NCBI RefSeq assembly: GCF_964204645.1
Contig: NC_134026.1
Span: 7,649,950-7,713,949 of the forward strand
Source of the DNA: Tubulanus polymorphus
Taxonomy: Eukaryota; Animalia; Nemertea
DNA length: 64,000 bases
Direction of reading: 5' to 3'
Shown here: piece after piece, positions 11,326 to 22,440 of the stretch
Position numbering within the stretch: the first letter of the stretch is position 1
How the letters are laid out: each line of letters begins with the position of its first letter
The notes under the pieces: model-generated
What the model saw: only the letters and a program-made list of their open reading frames with translations
Told to the model about the DNA's origin: nothing
The model's database searches: none
Program-made: the position numbers and the translations under genes

Positions 11326-12276
11326 ATGAATTCTACTCAGTTGCAAATCGGTCGAACTTTCAGCAGTTACATCGTTCTAATTTCTGTTGTGAACACGTCT
11401 GGAATGCACCGTACTGTGTTATTGGTAATTCTGCCTGTATTTTTCCTGATAGGAATTTTCGGAAATTCAGCTACTTTCATGATAATGATAAGTCGCAGAT
11501 TCCGCAGTTTATCTTACGCTAACTATCTTATCGTTTTGTCTCTCAGTGATTCTATGTATTCTATCAATTTTACATTGATGACTGTTTTACAGTTTGTTCT
11601 CTTCCACGATAAAGATGGTCCTACATTTATCATGAATTCAGTGATCAGTTGTAAAATATATGAATTTACAATAGCACTTGCCGGCGTCAACAGTTCGTGG
11701 TTAATAGTAGCAATATCTCTAGAACGTGCGGCAGTTGTGCTCTTCCCGTTCACATCTCGTTTGATATGTACACCGAGATTCGCTAGATTTACTACATTGA
11801 TAATTACTGCAATAAATGTACTGGTTCTATATCTCAGCCCAGTTTTGGCGATGCATTTTACCAACCAGTCGTTTGGATGTTTCCACGAACTATCTGACCA
11901 AAGAAGATATTTTGCGGTATTTGTCATCCACGTCTTGGTTCTGCCTTTATCTCTGATTCTAACATCAAATTCTGTTATAATAATTCAGTTATTCAGAGGT
12001 TCAAAAATGGTTTCGTCTGATAAGAAAACTACAAAATCAAAACGTACAACAATAATGCTTGTAACAGTTTCACTCGCATTTGCAGTGTCTGCACTTCCAA
12101 ATACAATTACTCCATTGTCACTTATCTCACCGGAACAGAGAGAATTTCTATATGATATTTTCAACCAGTTTGCTATGTGTAACTACGTGGTAAATTTCTA
12201 CATATATCTTTTACTGGGACGAGAAATTCGTGAATATTTTTGCATGAAAATCCGCTGTAGAAAATCTGTCAAATAA
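11326..12276 (+). CDS. Class A GPCR, paralog 4 (intact)
   Basis: 316-aa 7TM ORF, very similar to paralog 3 including ~420 bp of upstream sequence. Confidence 0.9.
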   Translation: MNSTQLQIGRTFSSYIVLISVVNTSGMHRTVLLVILPVFFLIGIFGNSATFMIMISRRFRSLSYANYLIVLSLSDSMYSINFTLMTVLQFVLFHDKDGPTFIMNSVISCKIYEFTIALAGVNSSWLIVAISLERAAVVLFPFTSRLICTPRFARFTTLIITAINVLVLYLSPVLAMHFTNQSFGCFHELSDQRRYFAVFVIHVLVLPLSLILTSNSVIIIQLFRGSKMVSSDKKTTKSKRTTIMLVTVSLAFAVSALPNTITPLSLISPEQREFLYDIFNQFAMCNYVVNFYIYLLLGREIREYFCMKIRCRKSVK

Positions 12277-12563
12277 CCATTGATTTCAGGTTTGATTCAC
12301 TTCATTTAACATTAACCCATTTTAACTGTGTTCTTGTTACAGAAACATTCAGTAAATTAAATTGCATTATCGTTATTCTGTAGGACTCCAAAATAAGAAA
12401 TTTTGCTAACTTTTATACACGCACGCACGAACACGCACACACACACAAATGACAAACGGCATCGGGCTTCAAATCATCGCAAAATTTACATTCACTTACC
12501 ACGTATGAATTTTTTGATCAAACTAGATATTTCAACGTATATTTCTGTCGTCTGCGATAACTA

Positions 12564-12810
12564 TTGATTCTAACATAAAATTCTAGTATAATAATTCGGT
12601 TATTTAGAGGTTCAAAAATGGTTTCGTCTGAACAGAAAACTGCAAAATCAAAACGTGCAACAATAATGCTTGTAGTAACAGTTTCACTCGTATAGGCAAT
12701 GTTTACACTTCCGACCACTTCTACTGTAATATTGCGAATTAGATTTTTTTGCATTGATGGCGCTCCATAGCTTTCACCCAGCTTCAAATGTTCAACTACG
12801 TGGTAAACTT
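12564..12810 (+). pseudogene. Degenerate GPCR TM5-TM7 fragment
   Basis: Paralog of 3094-3338. Confidence 0.75.
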
Positions 12811-12867
12811 CGAACTAATGAAATCGGTTGACATACACTGATGTTACGGCTCCTCTACATTGCTTAA

Positions 12868-13342
12868 GGGAGCGTCCAGAAGTTACGTACCTCAAAATCT
12901 CCCGTTTTTCTGACCCCCTCCCCTTGTACCACCTTTGTACCAAATTCACTGACCCCCTCATAGGTACGTACCATGGCACCATGACCACCCCCCCCCCCCA
13001 ATTATATTGAAGCAAAGAACACAAATCAAAACAAAATATAAAAAATATAAATACCTGATTCCAACAAGTGCGTGTAAGATCGATACCGGTACCTGGTATG
13101 GGGAATTCCCAGTTGAAGTCTACTACAAGTCACTTGAACAAGTCACTAAAAGCCGATGAAACACCAGTAACGGCTATTTTCATTTGAGTTTGGTGCATAA
13201 AGTACGTACCAAGATTGAATAATACCCCATCCCTCAAAGTACGTACCTTTTTTGCTGATCCCCTCCCCCATGTACCACTTTGTACCAAAATTCAGTAACA
13301 CCCCCTCCCCCAATAAGAGGAACGTAATTTTTGGACGCTCCC
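12868..13342. mobile_element. PIF/Harbinger-type (Tourist-like) MITE
   Basis: TIRs gggagcgtccagaagttacgt / acgtaatttttggacgctccc, flanked by a TAA target-site duplication (12865-12867, 13343-13345). No coding capacity. Confidence 0.82.
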
Positions 13343-13959
13343 TAAGGTATGTTCACTACAGCTATTAGATATCTCTTCAGCAACGGGTCATGTCAGTTAT
13401 TCGGTAACAGCGATATGTTCTCTTTCATTCCATCATGCACCCGTGATCCCATTAGAATGGTTGAATTGTGCCAGGCTTATAACCGTCGTTTCATTCAATA
13501 TTCATGAAATTGATTATTAATTAAAACGCCAATTTCATTCAATCATTTGATTAAAAATGAAAAAAAAATATCTGAATTAGATTAACATGTATGCGTATTT
13601 AATCCCTTGAACCACTGGTCAGATGCCATCCATGTAGGAATTCACTGTGATATCATTCTGTTATAACGAATTGAACTTGTGGAAACATTTCCCAACCGGT
13701 TCAAACGTTTTACTACATGTACACGATATTTCACCAGATTTACAATTATTTCTTGTACAACGAATATTGATATTTTCTTCAGTTACATAATGATATTTTT
13801 TTCAAAAACCTGGATGAATTATGTTACATCAGAAACCATTTATTGTGTTAGATTTCTGTATCTATTCGCTGTTAACAAATACATTGTGAGCTGCCATAAA
13901 TAAGACATCATAAACTCTGTAATATGGATTCAAATTGCATCAAATCACATTCGTGAAAC

Positions 13960-14901
13960 ATGAATTCGACTGCGATGCCTATTGGTAGACCTTATAACAG
14001 TTACATCGTTCTCATGTCTGTGGTGAACAGGTCTGGGATTTACTGTACTGTCTCACTGGTAATTTTGCCTGTCCTGTTCCTGTTTGGAGCCTTTGGAAAT
14101 TCAGCTACTTTCTTGATAATGATAAGTCGCAGATTCCGCAATCTGTCTTACGCTAACTATCTTGTAATTTTGTCCATTAGTGATTTCATGTACTGCATCA
14201 GTTTTACACTGATGCCTGTTTTACAGTTTGTTCTGTTGCACGTCAAAGGTGGTCCAATATTCGTGATGAATTCACTGATCACTTGTCAAATATATGGATT
14301 TACGATGGCGTGTGCAGTTTGCAATAGTTCGTGGTTTATAGTAGCAATATCTCTAGAACGTGCGGCAGTTGTGCTCTTCCCGTTCACATCTCGTTCGATA
14401 TGTACACCGTTATTCGCTAGATTTACTATATTGATAGTCATTACAGTGAACGCACTAGTTCTGTATCTAACACCTATTTTGTCGTTACATTTTACTGACC
14501 AGCTTTTCGGATGTTACTATGAATTAACTAACCAAATAATATATTTCACCATAAGCGTCATTTACGTTAACATTCTACCTTTATCTTTGATTCTAATATC
14601 GAATTGTGTTATAATAATTCAGTTATTCAGAGGTTCAAAAATGGTTTCGTCTGATCGGAAATCTACAAAATCAAAACGTACAACAATAATGCTTGTAACA
14701 GTTTCACTCGCATTTGCGATGTTCACACTCCCAACCACTATTATTGTATTTTTACATATCTCACCAGAATACAGAGATTTTTTATATGACATTTTAGCAC
14801 AATTCCATCTCTGTAACTTTGTGGTAAATTTCTACATATATCTTTTACTGGGGCGAGAAATTCGTGAATATTTCTTTATAAAAATCTCCTGTAGAAATTG
14901 A
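13960..14901 (+). CDS. Class A GPCR, paralog 5 (intact, most divergent)
   Basis: 313-aa 7TM ORF with the same family motifs. Confidence 0.9.
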   Translation: MNSTAMPIGRPYNSYIVLMSVVNRSGIYCTVSLVILPVLFLFGAFGNSATFLIMISRRFRNLSYANYLVILSISDFMYCISFTLMPVLQFVLLHVKGGPIFVMNSLITCQIYGFTMACAVCNSSWFIVAISLERAAVVLFPFTSRSICTPLFARFTILIVITVNALVLYLTPILSLHFTDQLFGCYYELTNQIIYFTISVIYVNILPLSLILISNCVIIIQLFRGSKMVSSDRKSTKSKRTTIMLVTVSLAFAMFTLPTTIIVFLHISPEYRDFLYDILAQFHLCNFVVNFYIYLLLGREIREYFFIKISCRN

Positions 14902-15149
14902 GGCAAATAACGAATGAAGTTTAATTCACATCTTTAAAATTTAGTAAAACACTGTTTACTGCTTACAGTGACAATCAGTGAATTAACGTTTATTGTTGAT
15001 TTGTACAACTGCATACAATATAAATTTCGCCCAATCAAAATCACCTTTCCACAAATCATTGAATTGTATATAGTTGTTGCTAATTTTTCTACACAACACA
15101 CACAAATACAAATACATGAACAGATTGACAAAGAAACTGCATAGACTAA

Positions 15150-15600
15150 TTATATGTATTGTTATAAGAATTGACTTATTCAAGGTCTGACAAATGGTTT
15201 CGTCTGATCAGAAAACTACAAAATCAAAACGTACAACAATTATGCTTGTAACAGTTTCACTCGCATTTGCGATGTTCACACTCCCAACCACTATTATTGT
15301 ATTTTTACATATCTCTCCAGAATACAGAGGTTTTCGATATGACATTTGAGCAGAATTCGATCTTTGTAACTTTGTTGTAAATTTCTACATATATCTTTTA
15401 CTAGGTCAAAATTCACACTTTCGACCCCTGTGACTTACATTGTCACCACACCCACTGGAAGAGAAAGATTTTCTATATGACACATTTGATCAGTTTCAAA
15501 TTTTAAACTATGTAATAAATTTCTACATATATCTTTTACTGGGCCGAGAAATTCGTGAATATTTCTGTATGAAAATCTGCTGTAGAAATCGAGTCGAATA
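15150..15600 (+). pseudogene. Two tandem GPCR TM5/6-TM7 fragments
   Basis: ~15190-15405 is nearly identical to paralog 5 at 14640-14850 but has a TGA. ~15410-15600 is a second, older TM6-helix 8 fragment. Confidence 0.78.
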
Positions 15601-15949
15601 ACCACTGTTTTAAAGGATGATTCACTTACTAATTCTTGTCTAATCACTTTCCTAAGATATGACATTTTGGTGGCATGTGAATAGTGCCACCACACTTAAC
15701 TAGTACATATTTTGTATCGTCAATCTAAAAACTTAAACAAACTAAAACAATCTAAAACAATCTAAAATACTTTTGTACTTACGTCTTGTATATCAATATG
15801 GTCCCTGGTTCATTTCTCGTAGTGGGTGTATCCATATGATCTAGATGTGGTAGGGGTTTTGTGCTTCGCGATGCCGTCAAGATGGACCTAATAATGGTAT
15901 AGAATCTTACAGTGAATATGGTTCACTAATTAATTCATCTTGTAATTTT

Positions 15950-16665
15950 TGCTATTGTGAGCGCTGACGATGTTTGGACTTAAGTTCATCGCGATCTAGA
16001 ACAATTCGACGATCAGTTTATTTATTATGGTGGCTGATAAGGGCCATAGCGAAAAATTTCTGGTATGCAAAGCAGGGCGCCAGAACGCCAAAACGAAAAA
16101 AACGTCCAATTTTCTCTGATAGTCCATTTTGGCTCGCCAAAACAAAGATCATTCCGTTTTGGCGCCCCCGCCAGAACGAACTTTCATTTTGGCGCCCCCG
16201 CCAAAACAACGAAAATCGTCTAAATTTCTCTAAAAATCCGTTTTCGCGCGCCAAAACAAAGATTATTTCGTTTTAGCGCGGTTATTTCCGTTTTGGCGCC
16301 CCCGCCAAAACAAACATTCAACCACAGTAAAATTATTTTTCAATTTGGCGCGTTGATCCTGTGTGTAATTTGCATAAATTTGCATATATTGAATTATTTT
16401 ACGTGGTTGAAAGATCGGTAGCGGGAAAGGCGGGAGCGCCAAAATGGAATATTCTTTGTTTTGGCGCGCCGAAACGGATTTTTAAAGAAAAATTTACGTT
16501 CTATTTCGCTTTGGCGTTCTGGTGCCCTTATTTGCATACCAGGTATTTTGTATGTAATGGCCCGAATCAGCCACCATAATTTATGGTTAAACGATCATGG
16601 TTAAACTGAGCTATCGGATTGGAAGAGAAGCCGTAAAGAGTATTATTATACTCCCGGAGTAGTAA
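15950..16665 (+). pseudogene. Decayed third copy of the TYMP last exon, split by a MITE
   Basis: gacgatgtttggacttaagttcatcgcgatctagaacaattcgacgatcagttt [insert] ...ggattggaagag...attatactcccggagtagtaacct. Acceptor lost and in-frame stop present. Confidence 0.72.
16025..16579. mobile_element. Non-autonomous DNA transposon/MITE with long imperfect TIRs
   Basis: ttatggtggctgataagggccat...ctggtatgcaaa / tttgcataccagg...atggcccgaatcagccaccataa. Flanked by TTTA on both sides (putative 4-bp TSD). Internal ttttggcgcccccgccaaaa repeats. Confidence 0.8.
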
Positions 16666-17493
16666 CCTGCGCCACCACTACGACGACTGTAACAATGCAA
16701 CACAATTCGATGTTATAACGATAATTCCATGATCAATGAATATAAACGTAGAGGATATCGATATTCAGGCTTTCGTTGATTTTTTTCGCCTTTTGTTCCT
16801 TACGTTTTTTTTTCCAAATAAACTGCTAAACTATGGTCAATTGGAGCTGAATGAAATCATGATATTTCAACATTCCGTATTAGGACGTTAACACGTAGAT
16901 TCTACCTCGATAAGTCATCTATGAATTTTGAATCTGTTTTTGTAAATCAATTTACTAAGCGTAAGTCATCATTCAGATAAGTCGTCGACATACATAATGA
17001 TCGTCACTACTATGATGAAAGTAGCGAGTTTTTACACTGTAAATCAACATCTGGGATCTGAATATTACAGTGCGTTGATAGAGCATCTTCTAGAAACATG
17101 TTGAGGACACGAATCTTTCACGCGAGGAACTGCCCACGTAATTACAAGAACAAGTACATATGTACCTTTTACACAAGTAGATCATAAGGATACGCATGAT
17201 TTAACATGTGCATGAATCAATAAGATATTAGTAGACTCTAATGCTTTAATGCTATCTGGTAATGAAGGCTAGTACTAGTACACTGTATAGGATGAGTGAC
17301 AATAAAACGAGGTCTGATAGCTGAAAAGTTGGTAAGTTGACGCTACGCTATCGAATAACCTTGTTTTTAATTTCTATCGCTTACCACCTGCGGTCTTTTA
17401 CCGGGCATTTAAACATATGCTAAGCACTAGAAACGTATGTAGCTTTGATGCGTTGTATCATACAATGAATTAACACATTTACAGGAGTTTATA

Positions 17494-20400
17494 ATGGAGT
17501 TTATTCCCTGGATATCTGTTCTAGTGATAGTTTCATACGTGTAAGTTTGTCATCTATCGCCAGAACCTTAGACATCGTCTTCTTTACTTAAACATATATA
17601 TTAAAAACAGATAGGTTCAAGTCTAAGTTCAAATTCAATTTTATTTCACTGAAACAAGATTTAACAAACGAAATATACAAATTACTTTTTCAACAAGCAC
17701 AAGTACACACATTAAAGCGAAAGAAAAGAAGCTTGTGTGGGACACAGGCAGTGGTAGGCGGTGATAACACATATATGAACAACTTCTCTAAATATTCTTA
17801 AAATCAGACAATTACGCAAAATTCATCCTGTTTGTTAAGTACATTTAGTTGAGTATGAATCCATGATGCACCCTCCTAACCTCTGTAGCAGTCTCCCAAC
17901 CTCTATTAAGTCCCCATTCAACCTCCATAAAGCCTCCAACCAAAATATAGACAGACTTTGTAACTATAGGTTTATGTATCTTTACTTTTTTCTTCAGTGC
18001 CGATGTTGAAGCTTTTGTTTTCAAAGCCGAACCGTAAGTTAAAAGTGTCTCCCAATTTGAAAATATAAATGTAATATCTCGAACCCCAAACACAGAAGGA
18101 TGGTCCAGGTATCATGCCAATGACATGACCAATCCCAATACCAATCCCACGAGGAAAGGACACACAAGGATGATGCATACCGTTCCTCATATTGAGCTAT
18201 TTGATTTCAGGTTCAGATGCTTATTCAAACGCAGGTATTACAACTCAGGTCGGGTGATGTATTCTGTCGATGGTCGCGGTATAATGTGTAGAATCACCTG
18301 TAGAAGGCGTCCCGAAGATACTGGTGATGTGAGGCTCGTTGAACCGGACGAATTCTGGAATTGCCCCACGCCATTTCCACCTTCATTCGCTGCTTTCATA
18401 CCTCCCGATCAAGCAACCATATTTCCAAAACCGACAACTAGTGCAACTCCCATAGCAACGACTACAGAGACAACTAACATACTAACGACTATAGCGAGAA
18501 CCACCATACCAGCTTACATGAGACAAAAATCCGGTACGTAGACCTTACAATGTACAGAGCACGACCCCAGATACCGTGCCTAACCTGAATAAGAGATCCC
18601 CGAAAAATGTTGTCATAGTTCTTCAAATAAGAACGGTAACAAATAACTGTTGTATGTAATATAAGAAATCCGTGATTATTACGATGAAGAAATCTACTCT
18701 ATCAGCAATAGGCTGCTGGCATCACACCACAATTAGGTCAGTAGCTTCCGGACCCAAAAATAGTACTTGGAATCGAAAATAGATCCCCCTAAATACTGCC
18801 ATAATTCTAGCCATACACAGGATTTCCCTTGGATTTAAGCGCTTGGATATGAAATTCTCAATTGAATTATTTTCTCAATTTCCTACCTTTTCAATGGCGA
18901 GCCCAGGATCAGGGGATAGTGGTCCAACTACCAAGGCAACGAATACAGCAACAGACACTGTGACGTCATCAGCCACATCAAGTGCGATTGGTCCAACAAT
19001 ATCAAGTCTCCAATTCACGTGAGTATTTTGTTTGTTTTGGCTGTACGTCGCTTGGATCATGGTTTCCCAACCCTCTATTGGATTATTTACGACGGGACGG
19101 CTTTTTGAAGTGTTGCCCACACACTGTAGTAAGCAGCCAGCAGGACTCGAACCCACTTATCACTTAACACTGCTGATTGTGGATACAACAGCATCACGCT
19201 TATCTCACTTTTGCGGCCGCTTAGAAGTCATTTCTATATATACAAGCGTCACCTATCGTCTTCCCCAGTAGATTAATTCTAAGTTTTAATGTTTTAATAT
19301 TCCACCACAGGACACCATCCAGTGATTGGGAAGTGAACCATCGCTGTTACTATAAAGGTAAAAAGTTCCAGGCAGGAGAAGACATCCCGCCATTGGTAAC
19401 AGGACGAGGTGTGTGTAAACCATTAAACTGTAATCCGTATTTATGGGATATTGAATTAACGGATAGCAAGTTCGTCTGCGAAGAGCTGCCCCCTACAACA
19501 CTATACCCCCCTTCAACAACGACAAGCCTACCTACCACCAGGTGACGATTGATTCTTAGCTTTCTCGGTAGTTATCCTCTGTAAAACAGTTTCTTATCTA
19601 AGATATCTAATCGCATTTTTGTAGTTTGCAGACGTCCACAAACGCCACTGTCTGTACATATGACGGTCTTAACTACATATCCGATGAGAAAATGGCGTCT
19701 GCAACAGCAGGCTGCTCAATAACATGTGGCAGCCCCGGAGTAACTGGACAAATTACTGAGGCACACTTTGTTGGATGTCCTGAAGGTTATGGCAGTAGTT
19801 CAACGGTACCTGATAGCATTCCTACTACACCTGAAGTGGGCAGTACTTGTACATATGACGGTGTTCAATATGCATCTGGGGAGGACATGGTATCTGCAAT
19901 AGTGGACTGTACATTGACCTGCGGCGCTCCTGGAGTTACTGGAGAAATCACTGAAGCAAACTTTAATGGATGTCCTGAAGACATTCCTAGTACACCTGAA
20001 GCGGGCAGTACTTGTACATATGACGGTGTTCAATATACATCTGGGGAGGACATGGTATCTGCAATAGTGGACTGTACATTGACCTGCGGCGCTCCTGGAG
20101 TAACTGGAGAAATCACTGAAGCAAACTTTGTTGTGTGTACTGGAGGTTCAGGCGGTGATGGAGGGCAACCAATAACTGAAGTCGAAATACCTACAACTCC
20201 TGGTATACCTCCTACTGATATACCTCCTATTGAAGATAATGGAGATGATTCGATCACTGATGATACAGGAGGCAACACTGGAGGTCAGATTGGTGGTGTT
20301 GGTGGTGGTATTGGTGGTGGAGGTAGGGGTGTTGATGGTGTACCAGGAGGTAGTGATATTGGTGGATCTGATCGTGAAACTGAAGAAGATGTGGTGAAGA

Positions 20401-20943
20401 AAGGAAAATGTTTATACGTTCCGACACACACTATATACAGTATAGGAGAATATATCCAGCATCGAATGTTACCAAAACGATTGGATTGTCCTCCTCTCAA
20501 GTGCAAAAAACCTGGCTTCATTTTTGAAAATGATCTTGGAGATTGTTCCATGTAAGTACAGACCCTACGTTCCGCTAACTCTTTACCAAACGACCACACG
20601 TTCTCCATGCTCTTGTACCAAGTTAACCAACGTTCACCTTATTCTACACACACGTCCATCGTGAATAAGTCATTGGCCCGATCTTATAGACTGATTTTAG
20701 ATTTACACGTGAGTTAAATCAGTTGGTTTGTAGTTTGTAGTTGTTGGTTAGCTACAAACCAACTGATTTAACTCACGTGTAAATCTAAAATCAGTCAATA
20801 AGATCGGGCCAATGACTTATCCTCGTCCAAGTGGAAACTTTCTGAACAATACATACTCTACATTTCCGTCTGATTTCCACCGATTGTATTGTATTTCTGT
20901 ATTAGAAGCTTTTTGCAATTACTTTCATTTCAGTAAAGTCTAA
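17494..20943 (+). CDS. Secreted mucin-like protein with six 4-Cys (VWC/FN1-like) modules, ~561 aa, 7 coding exons
   Basis: Exons 17494-17540, 17998-18033, 18211-18533, 18907-19018, 19311-19541, 19625-20551 and 20934-20943 all have GT-AG ends with matching phases, 1686 nt total. Signal-peptide-like start MEFIPWISVLVIVSYVADVEA. Modules C-x-Y-x-G-xx-Y-xx-GE...C..xC...C separated by Thr/Pro- and Gly/Asp-rich linkers. Likely 5'UTR exon donor near 17332. Confidence 0.78.
19827..20130 (+). repeat. 165-bp (55-aa) internal coding tandem repeat
   Basis: Near-identical units start at 19827 and 19992 (TPE.GSTCTYDGVQY.SGEDMVSAIVDCTLTCGAPGVTGEITEANF), with a diverged third unit from ~19650. Confidence 0.9.
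20665..20820. repeat. Near-perfect inverted repeat (69-bp arms, 18-nt loop)
   Basis: 20665-20733 is the reverse complement of 20752-20820 with one mismatch. Confidence 0.92.
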
Positions 20944-21046
20944 TTTAGATGAAGAAATAGCGCTCCGCCACGAGATGGCGTCCGAGTGTATACCCAGAAC
21001 GTTTGTTCAGTCACTTATATTCATTTTGCTCCCAAATGAAAATGAT

Positions 21047-21052
21047 AATAAA
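21047..21052 (+). terminator. Polyadenylation signal AATAAA of the mucin-like gene
   Basis: About 100 nt after the predicted stop, followed by T-rich sequence. Confidence 0.55.
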
Positions 21053-22059
21053 ACATTTGTCATCAAACGAGTAAAATCATGTTTTATTCACTTGTTCAAT
21101 CTATGTCAAATCTAGCGCTTCGTTCCGTAGCACCAGGAGGTAGTGACACTGATCGGTGAGTGGTGAAACTAATTGATTACCGGAAGGTGCTGTCACCAGT
21201 ATGGCGGAGAGATCGAGAACTACACACGCTACAGGTGTTAGATATATCCAAGCATGAAATGATACCTAGTACACTAAAGGGTTAGGGTTAGGTTCGGCGT
21301 AACTCTTCATTCCAGCATACGTCATGAAACAAGCGGAACAATTCACCAGATTCAGTTCGAATCGCTATGCGGATTGCAGTTTGTTTTCGGAACCGTATCA
21401 TTTTCTGGGTTCGAATCTTAAAATATTAACTACGTACCCAGACATTGGGTTCGAATCCAACAGACATGCATGTATAAATCAAGTGATTCGGTGAATGGTC
21501 ATATGTAGGTCTGCAATATCATGAACAATAGAAAATCATTAAATGTCTGGAAACTTAAAATATCTTAATTCTCTATATTTCTATAAATGATTTCATGTGA
21601 AATCAATTCGTTTTTACAACGAAAGTCCTACCTGGCAAAAATCTTCAGCATTACGAAGTTGGCCAGTAAGCGGTAGAACGAGAACAACAAAAAAACGGGA
21701 AGGTGATTTTTATTTTTTTAAAAATATTCGCTACAGAAAAAAAATTCTGTCGCTGTCAGCAACAATTTCATATGTGAACAATAAAATCACGCGTGGCGCG
21801 CACATACATGAGTGTATTGAGGAACTGCAGATCGCCTGGGGCTAAAATATACCTCTGAGAAAATATCGATATAATTCGGTCGTTGTTGCTGCTGCTGATG
21901 CTGCAAAGTCTTCTCCATCTTCCCGGAACCCGTAATAATCTGTCACAGATCAAAGAATAACATTTAATCCGTGCTCTCTCCCATCGCTCTCTGCTCTCCC
22001 CTCGCCCTTCCCTCTCCCTTCGCCAACCTCTCTCCCCTCTTTCTTTACGAGCTCTGTCC

Positions 22060-22062
22060 TCT

Positions 22063-22102
<40 letters not shown>

Positions 22103-22171
22103 CCTCCCTCCCTCCCTCCCTCCCTCCCTCCCTCCCTCCCTCCCTCCCTCCCTCCCTCCCTCCCTCCCTCC

Positions 22172-22219
<48 letters not shown>

Positions 22220-22440
22220 TTCTCTCTCTCGCTCTCTCTCCCTCTCCCTCTCCCTCTCCCTCTCCCTCTCCCTCCCTCTCCCTCTCCCTCTCCCTCTCCC
22301 TCCCTCTCCCTCTCCCTCTCCCTCTCCCTCTCCCTCTCCCTCTCCCTCTCCCTCTCCCTCTCCCTCTCCCTCCCTCTCCCTCCCTCCCCTATCTCCATCT
22401 CTCCCTTCCTCCCTCCTTCCCTCCCTCCCCCCTCTCCCAC
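22060..22440. repeat. Compound polypyrimidine microsatellite (CT)n/(CCCT)n/(CTCTCC)n
   Basis: Seen directly in the sequence. Confidence 0.95.

Noticed and set aside
8602-11927. Antisense ORFs (8602-9057, 11523-11927) and overlapping upstream ORFs (8347, 11268)
   Set aside because: Shadows of the GPCR coding sequence, shared only because of the duplication.
21279-21293. GGGTTAGGGTTAGG telomere-like repeat
   Set aside because: Only about two units, compatible with chance.
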